64,000 nucleotides of DNA from Gemmatimonadota bacterium. Its GTDB lineage: Bacteria > Gemmatimonadota > Gemmatimonadetes > Longimicrobiales > Gaopeijiaceae. Where the stretch lies: the NCBI GenBank assembly GCA_009841165.1, contig VXMI01000066.1, positions 3,388-67,387 on the forward strand, given 5' to 3'. Positions 39,243-47,545 of this stretch are shown piece after piece. The translations under genes and the position numbers were made by a program. The notes under the pieces were generated by a model, which saw only the letters and a list, made by a program, of their open reading frames with translations, searched no databases and was not told the origin of the DNA. The stretch's first letter is position 1, and each line of letters starts with the position of its first letter.

Positions 39243-40000
39243 ATCCGCAATCGGACCCCCGGACCTCTCGCGACACCGAGGCTCTTCGCTGTCTCCTTCT
39301 GCAGGTTCGCGACGCCGACGACCCCATGGGGCCCCACGAGCTGGTTTCCTTCCAGCGAATCCTGGCACCGTTCGCAGTCCGGATCTCCATCTTCGATCTT
39401 CTCGAGCGGTCGCTTCTGCCCCGGGATCTTGAAGGCGTCGACCTGGTGCTAATGGGAGGGAGCGGCAAGTACTCGGCCACGAGCACCGATCCCTGGCTGG
39501 AGATGGCACTCGATTCGCTACGCCTCGTACATGCGTCGCAGGTGCCCGCGTTTGCGTCTTGCTGGGGCTTTCAGGGGATGGCGGCCGCCATGGGTGGGGA
39601 GGTCGTGCATGACCGTGGGCGGGCCGAAGTGGGCACGCACGAACTCGTGTTGACCAGCGCAGGGCGTACCGATCCCGTCTTCGAGTACCTCGGCAGTCCC
39701 TTCCGCGCCCAGTTCGGTCATGAGGACCTGGTGGAGACGCTGCCGCCACGCACCACCCTGCTCGCCTCTTCGGCGAAGGTGGTCAATCAGGCGTATCGCT
39801 TCGAGGACGCTCCCATCTACTGTACCCAGTTTCACCCTGAACTCGACGCCGACGGCCTTCGCTCCCGCTTCCTGACCTACCCCAGGTACGCTGCGTATAT
39901 CGCTGGCACCACGCTGGAGGAACTGCTGGAGAACCTCGAGAACACCCCGGACGCCGAACGGCTCGTCCGTCGCTTCGTTGAACTGCGCGTCATGCGATAG
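39239..40000 (+). CDS. Class-I glutamine amidotransferase domain protein (GuaA-N-terminal-like, stand-alone)
   Basis: VDLVLMGGSG...VPAFASCWGFQGMAAAMGG (nucleophile elbow, Cys) ...YCTQFHPE (His-Glu). Confidence 0.8.
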   Translation: MNPQSDPRTSRDTEALRCLLLQVRDADDPMGPHELVSFQRILAPFAVRISIFDLLERSLLPRDLEGVDLVLMGGSGKYSATSTDPWLEMALDSLRLVHASQVPAFASCWGFQGMAAAMGGEVVHDRGRAEVGTHELVLTSAGRTDPVFEYLGSPFRAQFGHEDLVETLPPRTTLLASSAKVVNQAYRFEDAPIYCTQFHPELDADGLRSRFLTYPRYAAYIAGTTLEELLENLENTPDAERLVRRFVELRVMR

Positions 40001-40039
40001 CGGGGCGAACGCCAAAGCCGCCGCACCGCGCAACCGCTC

Positions 40040-41299
40040 TCAGGCCGTCCTTACCCAGCGCACCAGTTCGCGGAGTGTGGGCCGCTTCCCTTGCATCAGA
40101 ATGCCCACGCGGTAGATGCGGCCCGCCACCCAGGCCGTGCCCACCAGTGCCAGGGCCATGAAAACGAGCGACAACGCCACCATCCACCAGGGCACCGCCC
40201 CCGCAACCGCCCGCGGAAACATCATTACCGGGCTGAAGTAGGGGAACAGCGCGACCCAGTCCATCCAGGCGAAGCCGCCTCCCTCGATCGTGGTCATCTG
40301 CATGATGAAGGGAACGACCAGGAGCATCACCAGGGGGAACTGGGCCTGCTGCGCGTCCTCCTCGGTGCTGCACATGGCGCCCACGGCCGCGAAGAGCGCG
40401 GCGAACAGGAAGTAGCCCAGGAGGAAATAGACGGCAAGCAGGGCAATGTCTCCCGCACCGGGAAGGTACTGGAGGAACCCGCCCAGCTCCGTCGATGGGA
40501 ACTGTGCCGCGATGAAGGGAATCCCGAAGAGGGCCAGTACCGCGCCGGAGCCTGCCCAGATCCCCACCTGCGTCAGCCCCATCGAGCCGACACCGAGAAC
40601 CTTGCCCAGCATCAGCCGCCACGGCGTGACCGATGAGATCACCACCTCGACGACACGATTGCGCTTCTCGTCCAGGACGGAGCGCAGCACGTATTGCCCG
40701 TACAGAATCATCGTCAGGTAGAGGAGGAAGGCGCCGGCGAAGCCCGTCGCGATGCCCCTGATCCGCGCCACCTCGGCGCCTTCACCGCCCGTGCTCTCCA
40801 CCACCGACTCGTAGTCGAGCTGCCCCCCTTCTATCAGCGCACGCACCGTCCCCGCGCTTTCCATCGTGGACAGATGGAGTTCCAGCGCCGTTTCCACCAC
40901 CGCGCTTTCGAACAGGGCCCGGCGAAGTGCGCTCGGCGAGTCCTTGCCCCGGTACGCGAACACCCCTTCGGAAAGCGTCAGGTCGTCGATGACCAGATAC
41001 CCTTCGAGCTCGTCCTCCAGAACCCTCCGATCGAGTTCGTCCAGCGCCACAACCCGGTCGACGAGTTCCATCGAGTAGCCGTAGGACTGGACCCGGCGGG
41101 CCACTTCGTCTCCGATCCGCCCGGTGTAGTCGACGAGTGCGAGCTCGCGCTCCGAGCGTTCGGCCTGGATGCCGAGAAACGCACTGAGCCCGATCATGCC
41201 GAGCATCAAGACCGGAATCGCGATGGTCGACAGAATGAACCCCTTCGTCTTAACGCGTTCCAGGTACTCTCGCCGCAGAACGATCCAGACCTGTCTCAT
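40040..41299 (-). CDS. ABC-2 type transporter permease (NatB-like)
   Basis: MRQVWIVLRREYLERVKTKGFILSTIAIPVLMLGMIG, a large extracytoplasmic loop, then 5 C-terminal TM segments. ATGA overlap with the upstream ATPase gene. Confidence 0.8.
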   Translation of the reverse strand: MRQVWIVLRREYLERVKTKGFILSTIAIPVLMLGMIGLSAFLGIQAERSERELALVDYTGRIGDEVARRVQSYGYSMELVDRVVALDELDRRVLEDELEGYLVIDDLTLSEGVFAYRGKDSPSALRRALFESAVVETALELHLSTMESAGTVRALIEGGQLDYESVVESTGGEGAEVARIRGIATGFAGAFLLYLTMILYGQYVLRSVLDEKRNRVVEVVISSVTPWRLMLGKVLGVGSMGLTQVGIWAGSGAVLALFGIPFIAAQFPSTELGGFLQYLPGAGDIALLAVYFLLGYFLFAALFAAVGAMCSTEEDAQQAQFPLVMLLVVPFIMQMTTIEGGGFAWMDWVALFPYFSPVMMFPRAVAGAVPWWMVALSLVFMALALVGTAWVAGRIYRVGILMQGKRPTLRELVRWVRTA

Positions 41300-42237
41300 C
41301 GGCCACCTCCCATCGCCGCCATCGGGGGTTCCTCGGCCTGCTCGCCCGCGTGTCGGACGAAGATCTCTCGCAGGCTCGGTTCCAGCACCTCGAATCGCCG
41401 CAGCGCGACCCCGGCCTCCATGGCCGCAGCCAGGATTGCGTCGTATTGGGCCTGGTCGACTGCCGAAAGGTGGTGAGCGTCGTCCACCCTCTCGATGTCA
41501 CGGATGCCAAGCCGCATGAGCCACCGGTCGTCGCCCTCGAACTCCACGGCCACGGCACCGGAGCGCTCCCGCCGCTTGAGCTTCTTCAGGTCGCCGTCCA
41601 GCACCTTGCGGGACCTGGAGATCAGGCAGACCCGTTCGCAGAGACGTTCCGCCTGTTCCATCAGGTGCGTCGAAAAGAGAATCGTCTTGCCACGCTCCCT
41701 TTCCTCGCGAACGATGGCCTCGAGCACGTCCTGATTGATGGGATCGAGCCCGCTGAAGGGCTCGTCCAGGATCAGCATGTCGGGATCGTGCAACACGGTG
41801 CCGATGAACTGGACCTTCTGCTGCATGCCCTTGGACAGTTCCTGGACCTTCTTCCCGGACCACTCCGCGAGCCCCAGCCGTTCCAGCCAGTGGCCCGCCC
41901 TGGACCGGGCCATCTGCCGGGTCAGACCCCTCAACTCACCCAGGAACACCAGCTGCTCCAGCACCTTCATCTTCTCGTAGACGCCGCGTTCCTCCGGCAG
42001 ATACCCCACGCGGCTCCTGCGGGCGAAATCGGGGAATCCCCCAAACAAATCGACCGTTCCGCGATCGGGGAGCAGGATGGCCATGATCATGCGGATCATC
42101 GTCGTCTTGCCGGAGCCGTTCGGGCCCAGCAACCCCACGATCGCGCCGCGGGGGATGTCAAGGTCGAAGTCGGAGACCGCCGTGTGCGAACCGAACGACT
42201 TGGTCACACCCGACAGCCTTACCGCGAGTTCTGTCAC
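41296..42237 (-). CDS. ABC transporter ATP-binding protein (NatA-like)
   Basis: GLLGPNGSGKTT (Walker A), VGYLPEERG (Q-loop), LSKGMQQKV (signature), LILDEPFSGLD (Walker B). The GTG at 42237 has GGAG 8 nt upstream. The longest ORF begins at 42354. Confidence 0.9.
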   Translation of the reverse strand: MTELAVRLSGVTKSFGSHTAVSDFDLDIPRGAIVGLLGPNGSGKTTMIRMIMAILLPDRGTVDLFGGFPDFARRSRVGYLPEERGVYEKMKVLEQLVFLGELRGLTRQMARSRAGHWLERLGLAEWSGKKVQELSKGMQQKVQFIGTVLHDPDMLILDEPFSGLDPINQDVLEAIVREERERGKTILFSTHLMEQAERLCERVCLISRSRKVLDGDLKKLKRRERSGAVAVEFEGDDRWLMRLGIRDIERVDDAHHLSAVDQAQYDAILAAAMEAGVALRRFEVLEPSLREIFVRHAGEQAEEPPMAAMGGGR

Positions 42238-42394
42238 TGTCCACACTCCGTTTGTCAGTGGCTCCTGGGCTGCCTCGCAGGCGATTGCGGGAAGGTACGC
42301 CCTTCGCGCGGCGAGTGCCCGGATGGGTACGGAAGCCAACCTGGAATGATTCAACGGCTTGGGGCAACGCCGTTTACCCGATCCGCGCGCGACA

Positions 42395-42433
42395 TTGCAG
42401 CCAGTTCGGGGGAAATTGATTATATTTTTCGAG
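42395..42433. promoter_or_regulatory. AT-rich divergent promoter region between natA-like and abrB-like genes
   Basis: The plus strand has TTGCAG-N17-GATTAT (42395-42423). The minus strand has a perfect TATAAT (42419-42424) preceded by CGAAAAA. It is the only AT-rich patch in the 327-nt intergenic region. Confidence 0.4.
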
Positions 42434-42564
42434 TATCGGGATCCTGTTGCGGGTCGACGGCGCCGTCACTTCAGACCGGTCCAATGCGGTCGCCAGCGGA
42501 GAGGATCAGGGATGATGGATCCCGGCGGACCTGTCGGGACTTGTTGAGTATCGAAGGAGTTTGA

Positions 42565-42756
42565 GTGGCAATCTACCGAACGCTCTACTACGGAGATGTG
42601 ACGGTCGGAACAGGGGGGCGGCTGACCATCCCCCTGGGTATTCGAGCGGATTGCGGCATTCGGAAGGGCGACACGTTGACAGTTCGTGTGGAGGAAACGC
42701 CCAGGGGGACCCGTCAGTTGGTCATGTGGCGGAACGAACCCGATTCCGAGGACTGA
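42565..42756 (+). CDS. AbrB/MazE/SpoVT-type (swapped-hairpin) DNA-binding domain protein
   Basis: GTG start with AAGGAG 5 nt upstream. DVTVGTGGRLTIPLGIRADCGIRKGDTLTVRVEE matches the SpoVT-AbrB fold pattern. Confidence 0.8.
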   Translation: MAIYRTLYYGDVTVGTGGRLTIPLGIRADCGIRKGDTLTVRVEETPRGTRQLVMWRNEPDSED

Positions 42757-42789
42757 CCTGTCACGCGACAGCCCCGACGGCCGCCGCGG

Positions 42790-44199
42790 TCATCGGAGTT
42801 CGCTCCACCGGACCAGCTCGCCCAGTGGCCGGTTGCCGTCGTGCATCCAGTCCGCCTCCGGGTAGGGCACCTCACGGAGCGGGACCACCCTGGTGACGCC
42901 GAGTCCGCACAGTTCGCGGGCAAAGTCGACCCGGTTCGCGTCGATCCCGGCGAGCCCCACGGTTTGAAGAACCGGAGCCAGCCGGGCCAGTGCCCGGAGG
43001 CAGGCTTTCAGGTCGGGTACGGCCACCACCCAGACCGTGCGGCTCCCCGAAGGCTCGAAGGCGTCCGGGGACGCGAGCACAACGGTCCAGCGCGACCGTT
43101 CACCGTGCCATAGATCGATCTTTTCGGACCCGGTTCCGGCAGATGCGGCGCCCTTCATCCTGAGCCGCCCCCTTAGCTGGTGCAGCGCCGACAGATCCGA
43201 AGGTCCGGCCTGACCGGGTGGAAGCACCTCTTCCAGCGCCACGAGTTCGCTGGCTAGCGAGGCGCACCACCGGCGAACCGCCCGACGGGCCCCCAACACG
43301 AACACGAGCTGGGTACTGACGCATCCCCGCTGGTCGAAGAGAACCGCCGCGCGAGCCGCTTCCGCCGCCGCTCCAGGCGCCCGACCGGGGTCCACCACGG
43401 CCACCCCGACGCGGTGGGGATGCTCGATGAGGCGCGTCGAAGCCGGCGCACGGGCACGGACGGACTCGATGGTCGCGTCGCTCCCGTATACGACGACCTG
43501 ATCCGCCGCCCGGAACACGTCCCGTTCCCACGAGTCCCAGTCTTCCGCCCCGCCAGGCCAGTATTGCACCGCCACAGCCGCGCCGACACGCGCGTCAATG
43601 CGTTGCACTTCCCGCGCGAAACGGACCGTGAGAGCCACGTCCCCGGCCCCCGGCTTCGCCAGCACGGCCGACTTGACGAGGAGCGCCCGGATCATGGATG
43701 TGACCGTTACGCCCGGTACCGTCCCCGCGCCGAGATGCAGCGTGAGACCCGGACCGGCCGCCCGGATCGCCCGGGCACCTCCGGATACGAATCCGTCCAG
43801 CACCCGCGGGTCGGCAAACTCGGCCGCGACGAGGTGCCTAAGAGTTTCGCCGTTCCACGACACCGCCATGCCGTCCAGGATCTGTGCCGCCATGGCGGTG
43901 GACATCCCGGCGTTCGCGGCCACATGACCGACGGCATCGCCGTCCAGCCCACTCACCAGGGCATCTGTCGCCCCGCCCAGGAGCTCAACCATTTCCGCCA
44001 CGGGGATCGACAACAGATCGGGCGCCGCGGCACGCAGGGAGGTCACGAGCGCAGGGGACGCCTGGCTGTCCGCCTGCGGGTGGCGAACGACGAGTTCACC
44101 TGCCCGGGTTTCGGCCAATCGCTTCGGCGGCCTCAACCGTGCCGGCCAGACCCAGCCATCGACCCGCCCGGGGTCGGGCGCCCTCGCCGGGATGGTCAA
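42790..44199 (-). CDS. luxC: LuxC-family acyl-CoA (fatty acyl) reductase
   Basis: 469 aa. TLHLGAGTVPGVTVTSMIRALLVKSAVLAKPGAGD, VVYGSDATIESV and AVLFDQRGCVSTQLVFV (candidate nucleophilic Cys) match the LuxC layout. The start overlaps the luxE-like stop (TTGA). Confidence 0.75.
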   Translation of the reverse strand: MTIPARAPDPGRVDGWVWPARLRPPKRLAETRAGELVVRHPQADSQASPALVTSLRAAAPDLLSIPVAEMVELLGGATDALVSGLDGDAVGHVAANAGMSTAMAAQILDGMAVSWNGETLRHLVAAEFADPRVLDGFVSGGARAIRAAGPGLTLHLGAGTVPGVTVTSMIRALLVKSAVLAKPGAGDVALTVRFAREVQRIDARVGAAVAVQYWPGGAEDWDSWERDVFRAADQVVVYGSDATIESVRARAPASTRLIEHPHRVGVAVVDPGRAPGAAAEAARAAVLFDQRGCVSTQLVFVLGARRAVRRWCASLASELVALEEVLPPGQAGPSDLSALHQLRGRLRMKGAASAGTGSEKIDLWHGERSRWTVVLASPDAFEPSGSRTVWVVAVPDLKACLRALARLAPVLQTVGLAGIDANRVDFARELCGLGVTRVVPLREVPYPEADWMHDGNRPLGELVRWSELR

Positions 44200-45329
44200 C
44201 GCGGACCGTCCACGGAAAGAGCGCTAACCCGCGTCAGCCGTAGAAAGGACTCCGCCGTCAGCGAGCAGCCCCGCAAACTCGCGCCGGGTGCCCGTCCGAG
44301 CAGGCGTACACCGCCACTCCTGGTCGTGCTGCCGAGATCCTCGGTCAGGATGTGGCAGACCGACCGGGCGTTCGCCAGATCGCAGTGGGCCAGCAGCCCG
44401 GGCTCACCGGACGGCAGGGGTGACAGGTCCGCCGGATGGAGCGCGCGAGTGCGCACCCAGGGCGGGAAACGATGTTCGCGTTCAACCGCCGCCCCGGCGC
44501 GGCCCGCGACCCCGTCGTAGGCCTGCGACAGCATCTCGGTCATGCCGTATTCGTTGATGACATGGGACTGCGGGACCCCGAGGCGCTCACCGACCCGCCT
44601 GTAGAGCGTCGCACGGTCCACCTCCGCCACCCGGCCCTTGAATCCGCCCGTCTCCATGATCCGTGAGCCGGCGGGAAGGGAGAGCCGCACCGCGCCGAGT
44701 CCGTCGAGAAGCTGGACCAGCGCGAACGCAGTCGTCAGCAGCAGTATCGGCGCCGTGGTGGCGCCAACCGCCCGAACGACCGAATGGACGTCGACGCCGC
44801 TCTCCGGGTTGAATGCCCATGTCGTCTGCGCGACCTCGGGCTCCCGGGCGATGAAGCCCGCCATTGCAGACAGGGAGGAATCGAGCGCATCGTCCGGCCT
44901 AGGGATGAGCGAGACCAGCGCGAGACGCGGGGCGCCGGACCCCGGCCCGCAGTCCGCAAAGAGGTGCCGCCGGTAGTTTCCGCGGGCCGCCGCGAGGTAG
45001 AGGTCCACGCTCGCGACGTGATGCTCGCCGCGCCGCGAGGCACCCGCCGTGGTACCGCTGGTGCGAAAGACGACCTCGGCAGCACCGGATACGATGGGCA
45101 CGTCCCTGAACGCGGACACGGGCACAGGGAGTATCTCGAGCCAGGACGACGGTTCAGAGCTCGCAACGCCATCCCAGTAGCGGCGCAGCGTCGGGTTGGC
45201 AGTGCGCTGGGCCGCATGGACCCGAAGCGCCATCCGATCGAACTCGTCATCATCGCGGAGGCGCTCGCCGCCCGCGCGAAAAAGGGCCGCCAGTTCCCGG
45301 GTCAACTCCACACAGTCAGGCTCCGCCAC
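44196..45329 (-). CDS. luxE: LuxE-family acyl-protein synthetase (fatty acid-AMP forming)
   Basis: Blocks compared with my recollection of Photobacterium LuxE, in the same order:
- LPVPVSAFRD versus IPVFPTSVFK
- RTSGTTAGASRRGEHH versus TSSGTRGVKSHI
- METGGFKG versus ITGGGWK
- FPPWVRTRALHPADLSPLPSGEPGLLAHCD versus [30 protein letters not shown]
- RGCSLT versus KGCALS
GTG start with GGAG 6 nt upstream. Confidence 0.8.
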   Translation of the reverse strand: MAEPDCVELTRELAALFRAGGERLRDDDEFDRMALRVHAAQRTANPTLRRYWDGVASSEPSSWLEILPVPVSAFRDVPIVSGAAEVVFRTSGTTAGASRRGEHHVASVDLYLAAARGNYRRHLFADCGPGSGAPRLALVSLIPRPDDALDSSLSAMAGFIAREPEVAQTTWAFNPESGVDVHSVVRAVGATTAPILLLTTAFALVQLLDGLGAVRLSLPAGSRIMETGGFKGRVAEVDRATLYRRVGERLGVPQSHVINEYGMTEMLSQAYDGVAGRAGAAVEREHRFPPWVRTRALHPADLSPLPSGEPGLLAHCDLANARSVCHILTEDLGSTTRSGGVRLLGRAPGASLRGCSLTAESFLRLTRVSALSVDGPR

Positions 45330-45341
45330 GCCGCACTCCGG

Positions 45342-47030
45342 CTAGCCTGCCGGTCCGGTGCCCCGCACGGCGCGCCCCCCCAGTTGTCCGGTCTGCTCGC
45401 CGTCGCGAATCGTGTGGACCCCCGAAACGACAACGTGCCCGATGCCTTCGGGGTATTGATGCGGATCGTCGAAGGTCGCACGGTCGCGTACGGTGTCGGG
45501 ATCGAGGACGACGATGTCCGCCACGGCGCCCACTCGCAGCACGCCACGGTTGCGGAGCCCGAGCTTCCGCGCAGGGAGGCCCGACATCTTGTGCACGGCG
45601 CTCTCCAGGCTCATGGCCCCGCGCTCACGCACGTAGTGACCCAGAACCCTGGGAAAGCTGCCGTAGCCGCGAGGGTGCGGCGACGAGCGCGAGAGCGGTC
45701 CGTACGGCGCGTAGGCCCCGCCGTCGGAGCAGACCATTCCAAGCGGGTGGGCCAGCATGCGCTCCGTGTTGTCCTCGGACATGCCGAATCCGATCATGCC
45801 AACGCTGCCGCCCGCGTCGCGCAGCAGCCGCACGGTGAGGTCGTAGGGATCCTCGCCCAATTCGGCTGCCAGCTCGCCGAGCCGACGCCCCCGCGCGGCC
45901 GCGTTGGGGCCGCCGATCCGGGTGATCTGCACCGCGTCCCACGACCCCAGCAGCGCGATCTTGTCGCGGCACGCGCGCTCAAGCGCCGGGCCCGTCTCGG
46001 GATCGGCGAGCCGCTCGAGGAACCGGGCCGTGCCGCCGGCCCGCGCCGACGCGGGGAAGAGGTTCGACAGCCCCGTCGCGTAGGCCACGTAGGGGTAGCG
46101 GTCGAAGTGCACGTCGACGCCTGCCGCCCGCGCGGCCTCGATCGCCGCGAAGGCCGCGTCGGCCTTCCAGTGATTGCGTTCTCCCTGCGCCTTGAGGTGC
46201 GACACCTGCACCGCCACCCCGGCCACGCGCCCTACGTGAAGCGCCTCTTCGAGCGCGGCCAAGAGGCGGTCGTCCTCGTTGCGCATGTGCGACGCGTAGG
46301 GGTAGATCGTGCCGTGCAGTTCGCCCGCGAGCGCAACCAGTTCGTCGCGGCCGGCGAAGCTGCCGGGCGTGTATTCGAGCCCCGTGGACAACCCCACGGC
46401 GCCTCCCGCCAGCGCCTCCCGCACAAACGCCCGCATGCGCTCAATCTCGGAAGCCGTCGCTGGACGGTCGCCGCCGCCCACGACAAAGCCTCGGATCGCG
46501 CCGTGCCCGACCATCGACGCCACGCTCACCGCGGGGCGCTCCCGGTCGATCCGGTCAAGGAACCCGCCCACATCGCGGAAGTCGATTTCCACGTCGAAGT
46601 CGCGGCGGTAGCGGTCGCGCGTCAGTTCGAACGCGCCGTCGCTCCAGGGGCCGATCGACGAGCCGTCTTGGCCCACGACCTCCAGGGTGACGCCTTGCCG
46701 CACCCGGCTTTCGGCGCGCGGATTGACAAGGAGGGAGAGGTCGGCGTGGGAGTGGATGTCGATGAAGCCGGGGGCGACCGCCATTCCCCGCGCGTCGATC
46801 TCGACGGCGCCCGCCGCGGCGACCTCGCCGACGGCGGTGATGCGGTCGCCGTCGACGGCGATGTCCCCGCTGCGCGGCGAGCCACCCGTGCCGTCGTAGA
46901 TGGTGCCGTCGCGCACTACCAGTGTCTGGTGCCCGCGGTTGGCCGCGACCCAGGGCGCGGCAGGCCGCCCAAGGCCTGCCAGCCCCGCAAGCCCGGCCGT
47001 GCCGCGCGCAAGGAAGGCGCGTCGCTTCAC
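45342..47030 (-). CDS. N-acyl-D-amino-acid deacylase family amidohydrolase (D-aminoacylase), Tat-exported
   Basis: The Tat signal is (M)KRRAFLARGTAGLAGLAGLG. LVVRDGTIYDGTGGSPRSGDIAVDGDRITAVG...APGFIDIHSHADLS carries the HxH metal motif. The GTG start overlaps the upstream small-ORF stop (GTGA). Confidence 0.85.
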   Translation of the reverse strand: MKRRAFLARGTAGLAGLAGLGRPAAPWVAANRGHQTLVVRDGTIYDGTGGSPRSGDIAVDGDRITAVGEVAAAGAVEIDARGMAVAPGFIDIHSHADLSLLVNPRAESRVRQGVTLEVVGQDGSSIGPWSDGAFELTRDRYRRDFDVEIDFRDVGGFLDRIDRERPAVSVASMVGHGAIRGFVVGGGDRPATASEIERMRAFVREALAGGAVGLSTGLEYTPGSFAGRDELVALAGELHGTIYPYASHMRNEDDRLLAALEEALHVGRVAGVAVQVSHLKAQGERNHWKADAAFAAIEAARAAGVDVHFDRYPYVAYATGLSNLFPASARAGGTARFLERLADPETGPALERACRDKIALLGSWDAVQITRIGGPNAAARGRRLGELAAELGEDPYDLTVRLLRDAGGSVGMIGFGMSEDNTERMLAHPLGMVCSDGGAYAPYGPLSRSSPHPRGYGSFPRVLGHYVRERGAMSLESAVHKMSGLPARKLGLRNRGVLRVGAVADIVVLDPDTVRDRATFDDPHQYPEGIGHVVVSGVHTIRDGEQTGQLGGRAVRGTGPAG

Positions 47031-47311
47031 TTCCCGTCGCTCCGCATGGTGGCGCTTCCTTCAACCCCCAGACTTCCCGGCGCGATCCCGCCTGAACGCA
47101 GGATCTTCAGCTGCTGCCGCGTCTGCTCGTTCTTCACGAGGTCGAGTGCCGAGACCACGTGGTTGTCCATATCGGCGTAGTCGTCGCCCGGAAAGCCGTC
47201 GGCCTCCGCCTGTGCGAGGGCTTCGCGCAGCCCGCGGATCTCCCGGCGAGCCTTCTCGAGGGCCCGGTGGAGTCTGGCGAGTGCGCGGCGGGTGTCTGCG
47301 TCGGTATTCAT
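47027..47311 (-). CDS. Small hypothetical protein with predicted coiled-coil N-terminus
   Basis: MNTDADTRRALARLHRALEKARREIRGLREALAQAEADG... High GC3. Its stop is coupled to the D-aminoacylase start. The longest ORF extends to 47401, so the start is uncertain. Confidence 0.45.
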   Translation of the reverse strand: MNTDADTRRALARLHRALEKARREIRGLREALAQAEADGFPGDDYADMDNHVVSALDLVKNEQTRQQLKILRSGGIAPGSLGVEGSATMRSDGK

Positions 47312-47545
47312 GACATCTAAGGATGCACCCCTTGTCAGCGGCGGATCAACGGTCCGGCCGGCTCGCGGGGTCCGGGTCTGCGGCAGGATCTCTGTCGTCA
47401 ACGGGAAACCGGGTCATTTCCGCTTCCCGCGGTTGCGGCGGTATGGGCCCGCAAGTACCTCTTTAAACAGCCTTTTGGTGCACCCGTGCGCTTCCCACCG
47501 CGGGTTGCCGGCACCGCAGTCACCAGACCACGGAGGGATGACCCG

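Noticed and set aside
42359-42547. 62-aa ORF in the natA/abrB intergenic region as a possible toxin partner for the AbrB-like gene.
   Set aside because: It is Arg/Gly/Pro-rich with no SD, and it spans the AT-rich promoter patch and the palindrome. It looks non-coding.
42790-45329. Bioluminescence (lux) operon.
   Set aside because: Only LuxC- and LuxE-like genes are present. No luciferase (luxAB) or acyl-transferase (luxD) homologs occur anywhere in the window.
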